From positions 1 through 64,000 of IMG/VR virus record IMGVR_UViG_3300048588_000136: a DNA stretch of 64,000 nt; one strand, given 5' to 3'. Source of the DNA: a virus. The translations under genes and the position numbers were made by a program. Under the pieces are notes generated by a model. It was given only the letters and a program-made list of their open reading frames with translations, ran no database searches and was not told where the DNA came from. Below, one piece after another: positions 17,573-26,572 of this stretch (positions are counted from its first letter, which is position 1; each line of letters begins with the position of its first letter).

Positions 17573-17823
17573 CGCCGCCAACCTGGCTTGGTATTGTCGT
17601 CAATCCTGCCGGCGTTGACCTACGCACGCACCCAGACCCGCACGCGCCGGTGATTCGCACAATCGTGCGCGGTGACGGGATGAGGGTGCATGGAGTGCCG
17701 TTGCAAGGCAGCGAGTGGTACGCAGCCACGTATGGGGCGCAGAGTGGGTACGTGGCTGTCGGCGACATTAGAGCGCTGTACATGCTATCAGATAATACGG
17801 AGGAGGTAACGCATGTCAATTAA
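17569..17823 (+). CDS. bacterial SH3-domain protein
   Basis: GVDLRTHP..A.VI..G..EWY..Y...GYVA. Confidence 0.7.
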   Translation: MTPPTWLGIVVNPAGVDLRTHPDPHAPVIRTIVRGDGMRVHGVPLQGSEWYAATYGAQSGYVAVGDIRALYMLSDNTEEVTHVN

Positions 17824-18034
17824 CTGGCTGTGGAACAGCGATAAATCAACGGACGATCAGCGTTTCTTGCAGCTCGCTCACGATGTCGCGACGTTGCACC
17901 GGCAACTATCAACGGCCGTGCAGCGCATCGAAGCGCTAGAGCAGCAGGCAGCGCAGTATGGACAAACACAGAGCGACATGCGGGCAACGTTGACTGAGGT
18001 GGCGACTGTGATGCGCCGGTGGGATGGTGAGTAG
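17813..18034 (+). CDS. coiled-coil hypothetical protein
   Basis: RBS GGAGG. Confidence 0.6.
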   Translation: MSINWLWNSDKSTDDQRFLQLAHDVATLHRQLSTAVQRIEALEQQAAQYGQTQSDMRATLTEVATVMRRWDGE

Positions 18035-18216
18035 TGGGTAAATCAAAACTGGCCTTCTTGCTTGGCGTCTCGCTGTCTGCATTATTCGCCATGTGGCTGA
18101 AGGCGCAATCACTGGCCGCCGAAAACGAATTGCTGGAGGCAGCGTTATCCGGCGTGGTGACGAGCATGGCGTACACCGATGAGGACGAAGAGCCGTTGCA
18201 GGAGTGGGGCGAGTGA
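18034..18216 (+). CDS. small N-terminal-TM protein
   Basis: LAFLLGVSLSALFAMWL. Confidence 0.55.
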   Translation: MGKSKLAFLLGVSLSALFAMWLKAQSLAAENELLEAALSGVVTSMAYTDEDEEPLQEWGE

Positions 18217-18959
18217 TGTCAGTTCTCATTTTTGCGCCACCACAGCCAAGTTTACCTAATCTCAACAGCGAGTTAGCTGCACTTACTCGCTGTTTTCACC
18301 GTCCACTGCTGGCGCATAATGAGATCGAGCTACAGCGAGCCATTGCTGAAAGTGGCGAGGATGTAGACGGCTTTTGGTTTGCGGGACACGCTGGAGCCAC
18401 AGGTATTGCGTCGGATAACGGCATAATGTCACCGCAGACAATAGCGCAGTATCTCAGCACTGCCGGCGTGGATTGGGCGTTTTTTAATAGTTGCGAATCA
18501 GCTAAATTCGTGGGTAGTTTACAGGCGTACTACCCATGCGATGTTTTTGCCAGCATTACAGAAATCGGAGACATAGACGCATGGCGAGTAGCATCACTGG
18601 TAGCATTAAATCTCAGTAATACGGGGGATATTTTTAGAGCCGTCCGCATGGCAGCACCAACCGGCACCACGTCTCTGCAACCGTTCCCACGTTCTGATCA
18701 TAGTGGTAGAGGAGCTATGTCACAAAAAGATATCGAACAGGTTGAAGAGTTGTCTGAGCAGTTGCGGGAGCTAAACCGGGTGCTAACTGGTGATAAGCGG
18801 TATCGCGAGCGCGGGCTGATTGAATCCGTGCAACATCTAGAAACACAGTACGCTACAGTGTTGCACCAATTGGAGCAGCAGCGCATGTGGCTGCGCCTCA
18901 ACGGTGTGGGCTGGGCGGCTGTGCTGTTGCTGGAGTTGTGGTTACGATTCGGGAGATAA
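18216..18959 (+). CDS. CHAT (caspase-like) domain protein fused to coiled-coil + C-terminal TM
   Basis: FWFAGHA (His) and FFNSCES (Cys) dyad motifs; C-terminal GVGWAAVLLLELWL. Confidence 0.75.
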   Translation: MSVLIFAPPQPSLPNLNSELAALTRCFHRPLLAHNEIELQRAIAESGEDVDGFWFAGHAGATGIASDNGIMSPQTIAQYLSTAGVDWAFFNSCESAKFVGSLQAYYPCDVFASITEIGDIDAWRVASLVALNLSNTGDIFRAVRMAAPTGTTSLQPFPRSDHSGRGAMSQKDIEQVEELSEQLRELNRVLTGDKRYRERGLIESVQHLETQYATVLHQLEQQRMWLRLNGVGWAAVLLLELWLRFGR

Positions 18960-18962
18960 TAA

Positions 18963-19973
18963 ATGGTCGATGACGCAGAGTCCCTAGTTGCGCCACCCAT
19001 TGCCGCCGACATTGCAGCCACAAGAGACAACTCAGAACTATTTGCCAAGGCGTTGGAACTTGCGCCACGGTTTGACAGCCTCGCCAACCTAGCCAGGGCC
19101 GTCAACGATGCACTTGATATTGACACAACCGCCGCCGCTTGGCGGGGACTATGGGTGCGCAACCCCGAACAGCGTGAGCGCATCCGCAAGCGCCTAGGTA
19201 CAGCCGCACACCAGTATCAACGCACGATCAACGTTGTCGGCAATGTGTCAGGCATTGTGTTTTCTGACATTCACGCCCCATTTCACGACCGCAACGCTAT
19301 CGCCCTGGCCGCCAAGGTTTCCGCATGGTGGAAGCCCGACGTGGCAATCTACAATGGTGACGACGTAGATTTCTATCAGTTGAGCCGCTTCGATAAAAAC
19401 CCCAACCGCACCGCACGCACCCAAGACGAAATCGATACATGGCACGTTGAGTGCGTTGCGCCACTGAACGCCGCGTTAGGCAGGGCGCGTAAAATCAAAG
19501 TGCCTGGCAATCATGAGGACCGACTACGGCGCAAGCTGTGGGCGAATCCTGACTTGTTTGGTATTGGTGCGCTAGAACTGCCTGAGCTAATGCAATTGCG
19601 CCGCTATGGGATTGAATACGCAGAACTGCGGGTACGCTTTGGTAATGTGTTGGAAGTCACGCACGGCACACGCGTTAGCAAATGGGCGGGGTATACCGCA
19701 CGGTTGGAACAGGAGCAACGCCGCTACAGCATATCGACCATCACCGGCCATGTGCATCGGGCGGGACGGTTCCAGACGCGCATGGGGGCATCGTATGTAA
19801 TCGGGCAGGAGTGTCCTTGCATGTGCGATTTGTCACCTGAGTACATGACCGATCCCGACTGGACGCAGGGGCTAACGTTATTCGTTGTGCGAGATGGTGC
19901 TGTGCAGATTGAGCCTGTGATATTTACACCAGACTATCGGGCGATGGTGGGGAAGCAATATTTTAGCCTATGA
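18963..19973 (+). CDS. calcineurin-like metallophosphoesterase
   Basis: SDIH, GDDVD, GNHE, THG, GHVHR. Confidence 0.9.
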   Translation: MVDDAESLVAPPIAADIAATRDNSELFAKALELAPRFDSLANLARAVNDALDIDTTAAAWRGLWVRNPEQRERIRKRLGTAAHQYQRTINVVGNVSGIVFSDIHAPFHDRNAIALAAKVSAWWKPDVAIYNGDDVDFYQLSRFDKNPNRTARTQDEIDTWHVECVAPLNAALGRARKIKVPGNHEDRLRRKLWANPDLFGIGALELPELMQLRRYGIEYAELRVRFGNVLEVTHGTRVSKWAGYTARLEQEQRRYSISTITGHVHRAGRFQTRMGASYVIGQECPCMCDLSPEYMTDPDWTQGLTLFVVRDGAVQIEPVIFTPDYRAMVGKQYFSL

Positions 19974-20082
19974 CCTGCGACACCATCTTTGTCTACAGCT
20001 TCATTCTCGGCACAATTTTCGGCATGGGGTTTTTCGCCTTCATGCTGTGGTTAGAGAGTTCGTAATGGAGCGTAACTGTCTC

Positions 20083-20134
20083 TTGAAATTGCCGTCATGT
20101 TGTGCTATACTATCGTAAATGAGAATTATTCTCA
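20083..20134 (+). promoter_or_regulatory. promoter with perfect 7-1-7 Fur-family-like palindrome at the start site
   Basis: TTGAAA-17-TATACT (TG extension); TGAGAAT-T-ATTCTCA 20120-20134. Confidence 0.75.
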
Positions 20135-20139
20135 ATCAC

Positions 20140-20273
20140 AGTGTGGCGGCGTGTGGGAAACGCAAGATGTCGTCTAGGCTAGTGTGAGAGAAGCGACTAC
20201 AGAGTAAGTGGTAGCCTACACCCATCTGAGTAGGTGATGATCTAGCCAGCCGGTTCGATTCCGGCCCACACTA
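20140..20273 (+). ncRNA. tRNA-like ncRNA 1 (acceptor, D and T arms; no anticodon arm)
   Basis: AGTGTGG/CCACACT 7-bp stem, GCGT-7nt-ACGC, GCCGG-TTCGATT-CCGGC, about 85-nt internal domain. Confidence 0.7.
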
Positions 20274-20276
20274 CTA

Positions 20277-20343
20277 CGCCTGACGGTGAACGTCGGACAC
20301 GTTGCCGTGAGTTGGCGAAAGATGCCAACCTAGCCGTCAGGCG
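20277..20343 (+). ncRNA. three-way-junction structured RNA element
   Basis: CGCCTGACGG/CCGTCAGGCG closes AACGT/ACGTT and GTTGGC/GCCAAC hairpins. Confidence 0.5.
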
Positions 20344-20367
20344 GAAAACATTATTTTGGAGGTCTGC

Positions 20368-20559
20368 ATGAAACTTCTGCCAATGCTGCAAGCCATCGCC
20401 GCTGTCGTCGCAAAGCTAAATCCTATGCCGCTGCTTGACGCTATCGAAGCGGAGTACGGCCGCACGGCGCGTCTGGTGGTCATCGCCGTGGTGGTGATTG
20501 TGGCTGTGGCTATCGGCTACAACATAGACAGCGTGACAGCGTGGGCAGGGCTGCAATGA
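20368..20559 (+). CDS. small membrane protein (holin candidate)
   Basis: RBS GGAGG; LVVIAVVVIVAVAIGY. Confidence 0.55.
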   Translation: MKLLPMLQAIAAVVAKLNPMPLLDAIEAEYGRTARLVVIAVVVIVAVAIGYNIDSVTAWAGLQ

Positions 20560-20641
20560 GAGGCTACCTAACGCAACTACGCGCCGGTTGCGGGCCGGTG
20601 TGCGTGCTGTTAATTGTGGCTATTGCGTGGAGCATCGTTAA

Positions 20642-22060
20642 ATGCCTGTAGGCGCATTTGTACCGAGTCGAATCCATCTGGACTATCCAGAGTGGCAGGC
20701 ACCTGTCGTTGGCGATACTGGCAAAGTTTGGGCCTATACCGGCTCAGGCTATGCGCCGGTGTCGTTGGCGTTCGACCCGGCTGGCACGGCGGCGGCGGCG
20801 GTAGCTGCGCATGTGGAAGCGTCGAATCCGCATAGCCAGTATTACCTGGCCTCCGGTGTCAGTGCCTACGGAGCGACGTTGATTGACGACGCCAACGCGG
20901 CGACGGCGCGCACGACGCTAGGGCTTGGCACGGCGGCAACGCTGAACGTCGGCACATCTGCCAACAACGTTGTGCAACTGGACGGTAGCGCCAAACTACC
21001 AGCGGTTGATGGCAGCCAGTTGACTGGAATCACGGCCACCGCTGCGCCAGGCGGCAGCAGCACGCAGGTACAGTACAACGCTAGTGGCAGTTTGGCCGGA
21101 GATGCTGGCATGACGTATGACGCCAGTACAGACAGGCTGACGGTGGCGGGTGGTATCGTCGCAGGTGATTTTTCGCCACCGAGCGATAGCACAACGGCGT
21201 GGCGCGTGTGGAACGCAGCGCGGTCAACACGGGTCGTCACGGTAGACACAACGAATAGCAAAATGTCGGTCAGTGGTTCATCTGCGCTAGCGTGGGGGTA
21301 CAATACGGGCGGTGGACTGGTGACCATTGGCAACGCTAATGCCGTTGGATCACTATTCTGTCAAACGCCTAGCCTCAACTCGTCGTGGCCGTGCGGGTTG
21401 GGTATAGATGGCTCCTGGGCAGCAAATAGGGCAACTATTAACATAAAAGCCTTTGGTGTATATGCAGGCTCGCAGGAGTCCAATTTAGTTTTTTATACAA
21501 CATCTGCTACATCGCTCGTGGAATGTCTACGATTGAGAGCCGATGGGCGTGTAGGGATGAACGGTTCTACAATACCGCGGAGCGCTCTCGATGTCGCAGG
21601 CACTACAGGGATAAATTGGGGTGCTGGCAGTTCCAGTACGGGGCTAGTAACAATTGGGGATTCTGGGGTTGGCGCATCTTTTTTTGTCCACACACCTAGC
21701 CTGTCGTCTTCGTATTCCAGCGGACTAGGGATAGATGGAACGTATTCTGCAAATGTGTCAACGATTAATATAAAGGCGTTCAGTGTAAATCATCCGCTAT
21801 ACGCTTCAAATTTGTCTATGCAGACCGTTGTATCAGGAGTGCTAACAGAGGTTCTGCGGTTGTCGAATCTAGGCTACGCGGGCGTTGGAACTACCACCCC
21901 CACCGCTCTCCTCGACCTCGCCGCCAGCACCACCAGCCGCGCCAGCCTCCGCATTCGGGCAGGCACAGCGCCGACATCACCGAATGCGGGGGACATCTAT
22001 TTCGATGGAACGAATTTTTTTGGTTACAACGGCAGCGCTTGGAAGCAGTTGGATAACTAG
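20642..22060 (+). CDS. virion fibre protein with internal duplication
   Basis: ARTTLGLGTAAT, VVQLDGSAKLPAVDGSQLT, GGS.TQVQYN, APTSPNAGDIYFDG fibre motifs. Confidence 0.75.
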   Translation: MPVGAFVPSRIHLDYPEWQAPVVGDTGKVWAYTGSGYAPVSLAFDPAGTAAAAVAAHVEASNPHSQYYLASGVSAYGATLIDDANAATARTTLGLGTAATLNVGTSANNVVQLDGSAKLPAVDGSQLTGITATAAPGGSSTQVQYNASGSLAGDAGMTYDASTDRLTVAGGIVAGDFSPPSDSTTAWRVWNAARSTRVVTVDTTNSKMSVSGSSALAWGYNTGGGLVTIGNANAVGSLFCQTPSLNSSWPCGLGIDGSWAANRATINIKAFGVYAGSQESNLVFYTTSATSLVECLRLRADGRVGMNGSTIPRSALDVAGTTGINWGAGSSSTGLVTIGDSGVGASFFVHTPSLSSSYSSGLGIDGTYSANVSTINIKAFSVNHPLYASNLSMQTVVSGVLTEVLRLSNLGYAGVGTTTPTALLDLAASTTSRASLRIRAGTAPTSPNAGDIYFDGTNFFGYNGSAWKQLDN

Positions 22061-22075
22061 GAGCCTACATCAATA

Positions 22076-22519
22076 ATGACTATCTCAATCGCAGGATTTA
22101 CCGACGAATTCGCAGCGTTAGCCTATCTACAGGCACGCAATTCACCACGTGACACCATCCGCTACGGCGTCCGACCTAACGCCATCAAAGCACTGTCGGA
22201 GTACGCCTATTTGCTGACGGCGCTAAACGGTGGTGACACTGAAACCGGTGTGCCTGACATGTCGGCAATACTGGGCTACCACGTCAATGCGGTCGCCGCT
22301 GTATCGCCATTCGTGGATTTGATGCAGGCGGCAATGCGTATCCTCATCGACACCCCGGCGCTTATCAATCAACTAGCATTGATGCAAGGACAAACCGTGC
22401 CACCGATGGGGGCGGAAATTACGGACGTAATCAACCCCGCAGAGTATGCGACACTCCTGCAATCAACCGCGGACGCGATTCAGGCGGTAGGGCAGCTTAT
22501 GCAAGGAGGCGGAGAGTGA
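22076..22519 (+). CDS. hypothetical protein
   Basis: RBS AGGAG. Confidence 0.6.
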   Translation: MTISIAGFTDEFAALAYLQARNSPRDTIRYGVRPNAIKALSEYAYLLTALNGGDTETGVPDMSAILGYHVNAVAAVSPFVDLMQAAMRILIDTPALINQLALMQGQTVPPMGAEITDVINPAEYATLLQSTADAIQAVGQLMQGGGE

Positions 22520-22809
22520 ACGCAGGTTCATCATACAAAGAAGTGCGACAGGTAGGCGACATGACCGAAATTACCACGAGCGCTGAAAATATCAGCATTC
22601 CGGCATCGCAATCAACGTCAAGCGAAACAATCGAGCAGCGCATGGATCGGCTTGGCAAAGAGTTGGACGCGTGGTGCGAAACCAACAACGTTTCCATCGT
22701 CATTATCGCCGTTGGCCGCAAAAGTCGTCAGGCTGTACCAGCAATTGATTGGCAGCCTGACACCCATACGTTTATACATGCGCTAACTCCGAAAGGTCAG
22801 CAGCAGTGA
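22516..22809 (+). CDS. hypothetical protein
   Basis: coupled ORF. Confidence 0.55.
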   Translation: MNAGSSYKEVRQVGDMTEITTSAENISIPASQSTSSETIEQRMDRLGKELDAWCETNNVSIVIIAVGRKSRQAVPAIDWQPDTHTFIHALTPKGQQQ

Positions 22810-23354
22810 GTTACAGCGTTGTAATCGCCGCTGATTTCGGCGCCGCCAACACCGGACTGACCGTGTACGGCAAGTTGTTTGATACGGACGGGGTACAGGT
22901 TGGCAGCACCATTACCACAGGCTTTGTCGAAGCCGTAGCGGGGCTGTATGTCTACGTGCTGTCCTGCCCATCTGGACAGGAAGGCGTATTGGTCGTCTAT
23001 GACAGTGCTAACGCCGCCTTGCGCCGTGTGGCTGTGGTAGCGCCGCGAGAAACCGAAAACAGCGACGTGAAGTCGTCCACGTTGGCAACACCGACAAACG
23101 TAAGTGACGCGCAAACGGCCATCACTGACGCCATTGCGGCACTAAACAATCTTAGTGGTAGCGATGTTTTGGCGCTATCGGTTGAAACTGGCCACAGTCT
23201 GCAAACTGTCCTGCGTGCGCTGTATGCGCTGAATCGTGGCAAATCGGTTGCCGACGACGCCGATAACCCAACCGAAATTGTGTACTATGCGCCTGATAAT
23301 AGCACGGTACGTGTTACGCACACGCTGACCGACACCGAGCGGACGGTGGCATAG
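22806..23354 (+). CDS. putative virion structural protein
   Basis: Ig-like N-terminus; VETGHSLQTVLR..GK..Y.A.D..T.RVT..R C-terminal motif typical of fibre-associated proteins. Confidence 0.55.
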   Translation: MSYSVVIAADFGAANTGLTVYGKLFDTDGVQVGSTITTGFVEAVAGLYVYVLSCPSGQEGVLVVYDSANAALRRVAVVAPRETENSDVKSSTLATPTNVSDAQTAITDAIAALNNLSGSDVLALSVETGHSLQTVLRALYALNRGKSVADDADNPTEIVYYAPDNSTVRVTHTLTDTERTVA

Positions 23355-23632
23355 TGCAGCGCTTTCGACGCATTGCACATCGTGGATGGTTGCGGCGTGC
23401 GATTACGGTTGCAACGTTCGGGTATTTTCCACAAAATGACGGTGTTGATTATGTTGTGACCGCCGACGTGGAATGCCGCTTCTTGGTATTATCGGATTCT
23501 GCCATTCGATTTGTGTCTAGTGTGGATGCCGATCTACGTGCGTTGGCGAGCGGTGATATTGTGCTACGTGCGACGGCGAATGGTGACATCAAATTGCGCG
23601 CCAGTACTGGCGTGGTAGATGTGGAGCTATAG
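23354..23632 (+). CDS. hypothetical protein
   Basis: coupled ORF, beta-repeat C-terminus. Confidence 0.5.
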   Translation: MQRFRRIAHRGWLRRAITVATFGYFPQNDGVDYVVTADVECRFLVLSDSAIRFVSSVDADLRALASGDIVLRATANGDIKLRASTGVVDVEL

Positions 23633-23634
23633 CG

Positions 23635-23952
23635 ATGACCTGGGAAAACATACACGTTGACGATTACGGATGGGTTGGCAAACTCCGCATTGTGCAGGAT
23701 GCAGTTGTGCAGGACGTTAGCAGCTACACAACCCGGCAATTTATTTTTCGCGCACCGTCGAATACGATTAAGACCAAGACCGCAACCTTCGACACTGATG
23801 GCACCGATGGCTTGCTGAAGTACACCGTGGAAGATGGTGTGATTGATGAAATCGGCAATTGGCGAGTGCAGGCGCGCATCAGCAAGACGGGGGCTGTACT
23901 GACATCGGCATGGGTTAAATTTTATGTTGAAGACCGATTGGACGGCAGCTAA
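23635..23952 (+). CDS. BppU-like Ig-fold structural protein
   Basis: DGTDGLLKYT..G..DE.G.W..Q pattern. Confidence 0.6.
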   Translation: MTWENIHVDDYGWVGKLRIVQDAVVQDVSSYTTRQFIFRAPSNTIKTKTATFDTDGTDGLLKYTVEDGVIDEIGNWRVQARISKTGAVLTSAWVKFYVEDRLDGS

Positions 23953-24068
23953 TGACCGACCGCCACACTGCTGCGCTGCTGTTGCTGCTGTTGCTGGCGG
24001 TGCTGGTAGCGGCGGAGGTGGAGAAGCATCGAATGGCGAAGGGGAAAGGCAGCAAGGGGAAGCGCTAA

Positions 24069-24344
24069 ATGGCTGAACAAAAACGAACAGTGCAACCTGT
24101 GCGAGTAAGCTACAGTTGCGACAAGTGTGGCGGCGATGTGCTGCCAACTGGCATGTGTTTAGCTAGCTACCCGGCGCAATATCCGCACGTTTGTCAGCAG
24201 TGCGGGGAGCGCTATACGTTCCTTTTTACATATCCACGTATTGAGTATGTGGATGCCGTCGGTGTCGCCAACGACCTCGCCCGCAAGACGCTGGACCTGC
24301 CGATTGACTGCGACACGCTCACCCTATCGGACTTGGCCAAATGA
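24069..24344 (+). CDS. Zn-ribbon protein
   Basis: CDKCG..YPHVCQQCG..YP. Confidence 0.7.
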   Translation: MAEQKRTVQPVRVSYSCDKCGGDVLPTGMCLASYPAQYPHVCQQCGERYTFLFTYPRIEYVDAVGVANDLARKTLDLPIDCDTLTLSDLAK

Positions 24345-24751
24345 TTGTCTACATAGCTTCGCCGTACACTAGCCACGCCGACAAGCAATCCGCTGTCGAT
24401 GCGCAGATTGACGCCGCCGGCCAACTGTTGCTAGCCGGCTATGAGCCGATAGCGCCGCTACTGTCGCATTACATTGACTTGCGTTATCCACTGCCATACG
24501 CCCGTTGGATGCAGTGGTGCATGGCGCTTGTGGCCGTCAGCGATGCGGTGTTGCGGCTGCCTGGGGCGTCTGTCGGCGCCGATAGTGAAGTGGCACGTGC
24601 GCAGGAGTTGGGTAAGCCAGTGGCGTACAGCGTGCAGGAACTGGCTGCATTTGCGCCACATGCGATAACTCGCGACGAACTGATGGCGGCGAATCAGCAG
24701 GCGGCGCAGGATATACATGATTTCGTCAGTGGGAAACTGAGGATGGAGTGA
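24341..24751 (+). CDS. nucleoside 2-deoxyribosyltransferase-like (DUF1937/DUF4406-type) protein
   Basis: VYIASPYT..SDAVLRLPGASVGADSEV..A.ELGKPV. Confidence 0.75.
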   Translation: MIVYIASPYTSHADKQSAVDAQIDAAGQLLLAGYEPIAPLLSHYIDLRYPLPYARWMQWCMALVAVSDAVLRLPGASVGADSEVARAQELGKPVAYSVQELAAFAPHAITRDELMAANQQAAQDIHDFVSGKLRME

Positions 24752-25039
24752 GTGATGATAAATACAAGCGACAATGGGTCTTTCACGTATGGTGTGGATG
24801 GCCTGACAATTAAAAGCGGTGGCGCAACGTATCTGTCATCGTATCCACATGTATGCACTATCGATATTGATACCTTGCACCAAATTCGCATTCTACTGCG
24901 TTGTATCCAACAGCCTGTGGTTGCCTACGATGAGGACATACTAACGATGGTGCAATCGGCGGTCGGCTATTGTGGCGAAAAGGCGGCGGAGATAGAAGCG
25001 CTGCTGCCCAAGCATGGCGTGTTGGAGGATGGCGAGTAG
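24752..25039 (+). CDS. hypothetical protein
   Basis: ORF in operon. Confidence 0.5.
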   Translation: MMINTSDNGSFTYGVDGLTIKSGGATYLSSYPHVCTIDIDTLHQIRILLRCIQQPVVAYDEDILTMVQSAVGYCGEKAAEIEALLPKHGVLEDGE

Positions 25040-25148
25040 TGGCAGGCATACTTTTTGATTTTGGTGTGTGGCTAGAACATCACTTGCCCGTTCGTTTTCG
25101 AGCGTGGGTATTTATTCATATCACAGCGCCGACAATGGATAGGTTGAA

Positions 25149-25349
25149 ATGAAAAAGTTTCTACAACTGCAAGCATTGAACGCGAGAGATAGACTGGATA
25201 GTGCTTGGTGCTATATTGAAGTTGATTCTATTCAGGCACTTGTGCCCGGATTCGAGTCAAAAGGCACGTATGTTCTGTCATCGAGCGGGATACAAACACA
25301 TGTCTCTGAATCACCGCGAGAAATAATGGCAATGATGGAGAAACTATAG
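25149..25349 (+). CDS. hypothetical protein (FlbD-like)
   Basis: YIEVDSI..HVSESPREI pattern. Confidence 0.5.
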   Translation: MKKFLQLQALNARDRLDSAWCYIEVDSIQALVPGFESKGTYVLSSSGIQTHVSESPREIMAMMEKL

Positions 25350-25350
25350 C

Positions 25351-26034
25351 GTGGCAAAGAAAGCAAAGCAGGGCATCACCTGGACGAACGAACGGCGCAA
25401 GTTGTCCGACCTCATCCCGTGGGAACGCAACCCGCGCACCATCAAGAACGCACAAGCCGAACGGCTTGTCGATAGCGTGGAGACGTTCGGTCAAGTGGAG
25501 ACGTTGGCGATTGACTGCGATAACAATATCCTAAACGGTCATCAGCGCGTCTCCGTCCTCGCCGGTCAATACGGCATGGATTACGAGGTTGACGTGCGGG
25601 TAGCAAGCCGGGAGCTTACCGAACGGGAACGGCAACAGTTGACGGTTTATTTGCATCGTGGGGCGACGGGCGAATGGTCATTTGATGAACTTGCGAATTG
25701 GGGCATTGAGGACGACCTTGTAACTTGGGGCTTTGACGACATTGCTGCCATTGCCGAAGCCGCGCAAACTACCGCGATCGGAGAAAGCAGCATTACCAGC
25801 ACTGATCGGATATTGGGTGATAAGCGCAAGCAGATTAAGCCGGTATTGTACGCCGACGAAATAGGCGACTTTGAAAAGGCCATCATCGCTACTGGCCTAC
25901 GCAACCGGGGCGAGGCTATCATGACCATTTGTCGATTCTATTTGGAGCAACATGACAACGGGGAAGAAGAAGGACAATTCAACATATCTTTTAAAAACTT
26001 CGCTACGCAGAAATCTGCTAAAGATGATCGATAA
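25351..26034 (+). CDS. ParB/Srx N-terminal domain protein
   Basis: LIPWERNPR, SVETFG, ILNGHQR, GEW. Confidence 0.85.
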   Translation: MAKKAKQGITWTNERRKLSDLIPWERNPRTIKNAQAERLVDSVETFGQVETLAIDCDNNILNGHQRVSVLAGQYGMDYEVDVRVASRELTERERQQLTVYLHRGATGEWSFDELANWGIEDDLVTWGFDDIAAIAEAAQTTAIGESSITSTDRILGDKRKQIKPVLYADEIGDFEKAIIATGLRNRGEAIMTICRFYLEQHDNGEEEGQFNISFKNFATQKSAKDDR

Positions 26035-26572
26035 TCCGGTCGTCATGGAAACACATGGCGGGTATGGTGCTATTTGGAATCAGTGCTACATGGACATTGC
26101 GCAGGGCGTTGTCTTTGAGAAGGATGCAGATAAGACAAAGGTTTTGGCTGTGCAGCGTCCCACCTGGGCCGTTTACGAATGCGATTGCGAGATGGCATTG
26201 GCGGCTGGTATCGGATCTCATTTGCCTATCAACTTTCTGGATTGCGATCCCTATGGCGAACCGTGGCCAGTGCTTGACTCCTTCTTCTTGAGTGACCGCC
26301 CGTTTCCGTCTGCACTGGCAATTGTGGTCAATGATGGACTACGGCAAAAGCTCAAGATGAACGGCGGTTGGAATGTGGAGAGCTTGCGGGATGTAGTCAG
26401 CGCATACGGTAATAACACGCTGTATGCTAACTACCTGGAGATATGCAAAGAGATGTTGCAAGAAAAAGCGAGTCAGCGGGGGTATGCGCTGACTCGGTGG
26501 GCCGGATATTATTGTGGACATGCGCAGCAGATGACGCACTATGCAGGACTGTTTACCCGTGATGCTGGTTGA
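25952..26572 (+). CDS. SAM-dependent methyltransferase-fold protein
   Basis: METHGGYG (motif I-like), FEKD, FLDCDPYG. Confidence 0.65.
   Translation: MTTGKKKDNSTYLLKTSLRRNLLKMIDNPVVMETHGGYGAIWNQCYMDIAQGVVFEKDADKTKVLAVQRPTWAVYECDCEMALAAGIGSHLPINFLDCDPYGEPWPVLDSFFLSDRPFPSALAIVVNDGLRQKLKMNGGWNVESLRDVVSAYGNNTLYANYLEICKEMLQEKASQRGYALTRWAGYYCGHAQQMTHYAGLFTRDAG

Noticed and set aside
20140-20273. Canonical tRNA or tmRNA gene
   Set aside because: No 5-bp/7-nt anticodon arm in register, no G3:U70, no tag ORF, and far too short for tmRNA.
20277-20343. Hammerhead ribozyme (CTGAC..GAAA)
   Set aside because: The core reads CUGACGG, not CUGANGA, and is sequestered in the closing stem. GAAA lies in a hairpin loop.
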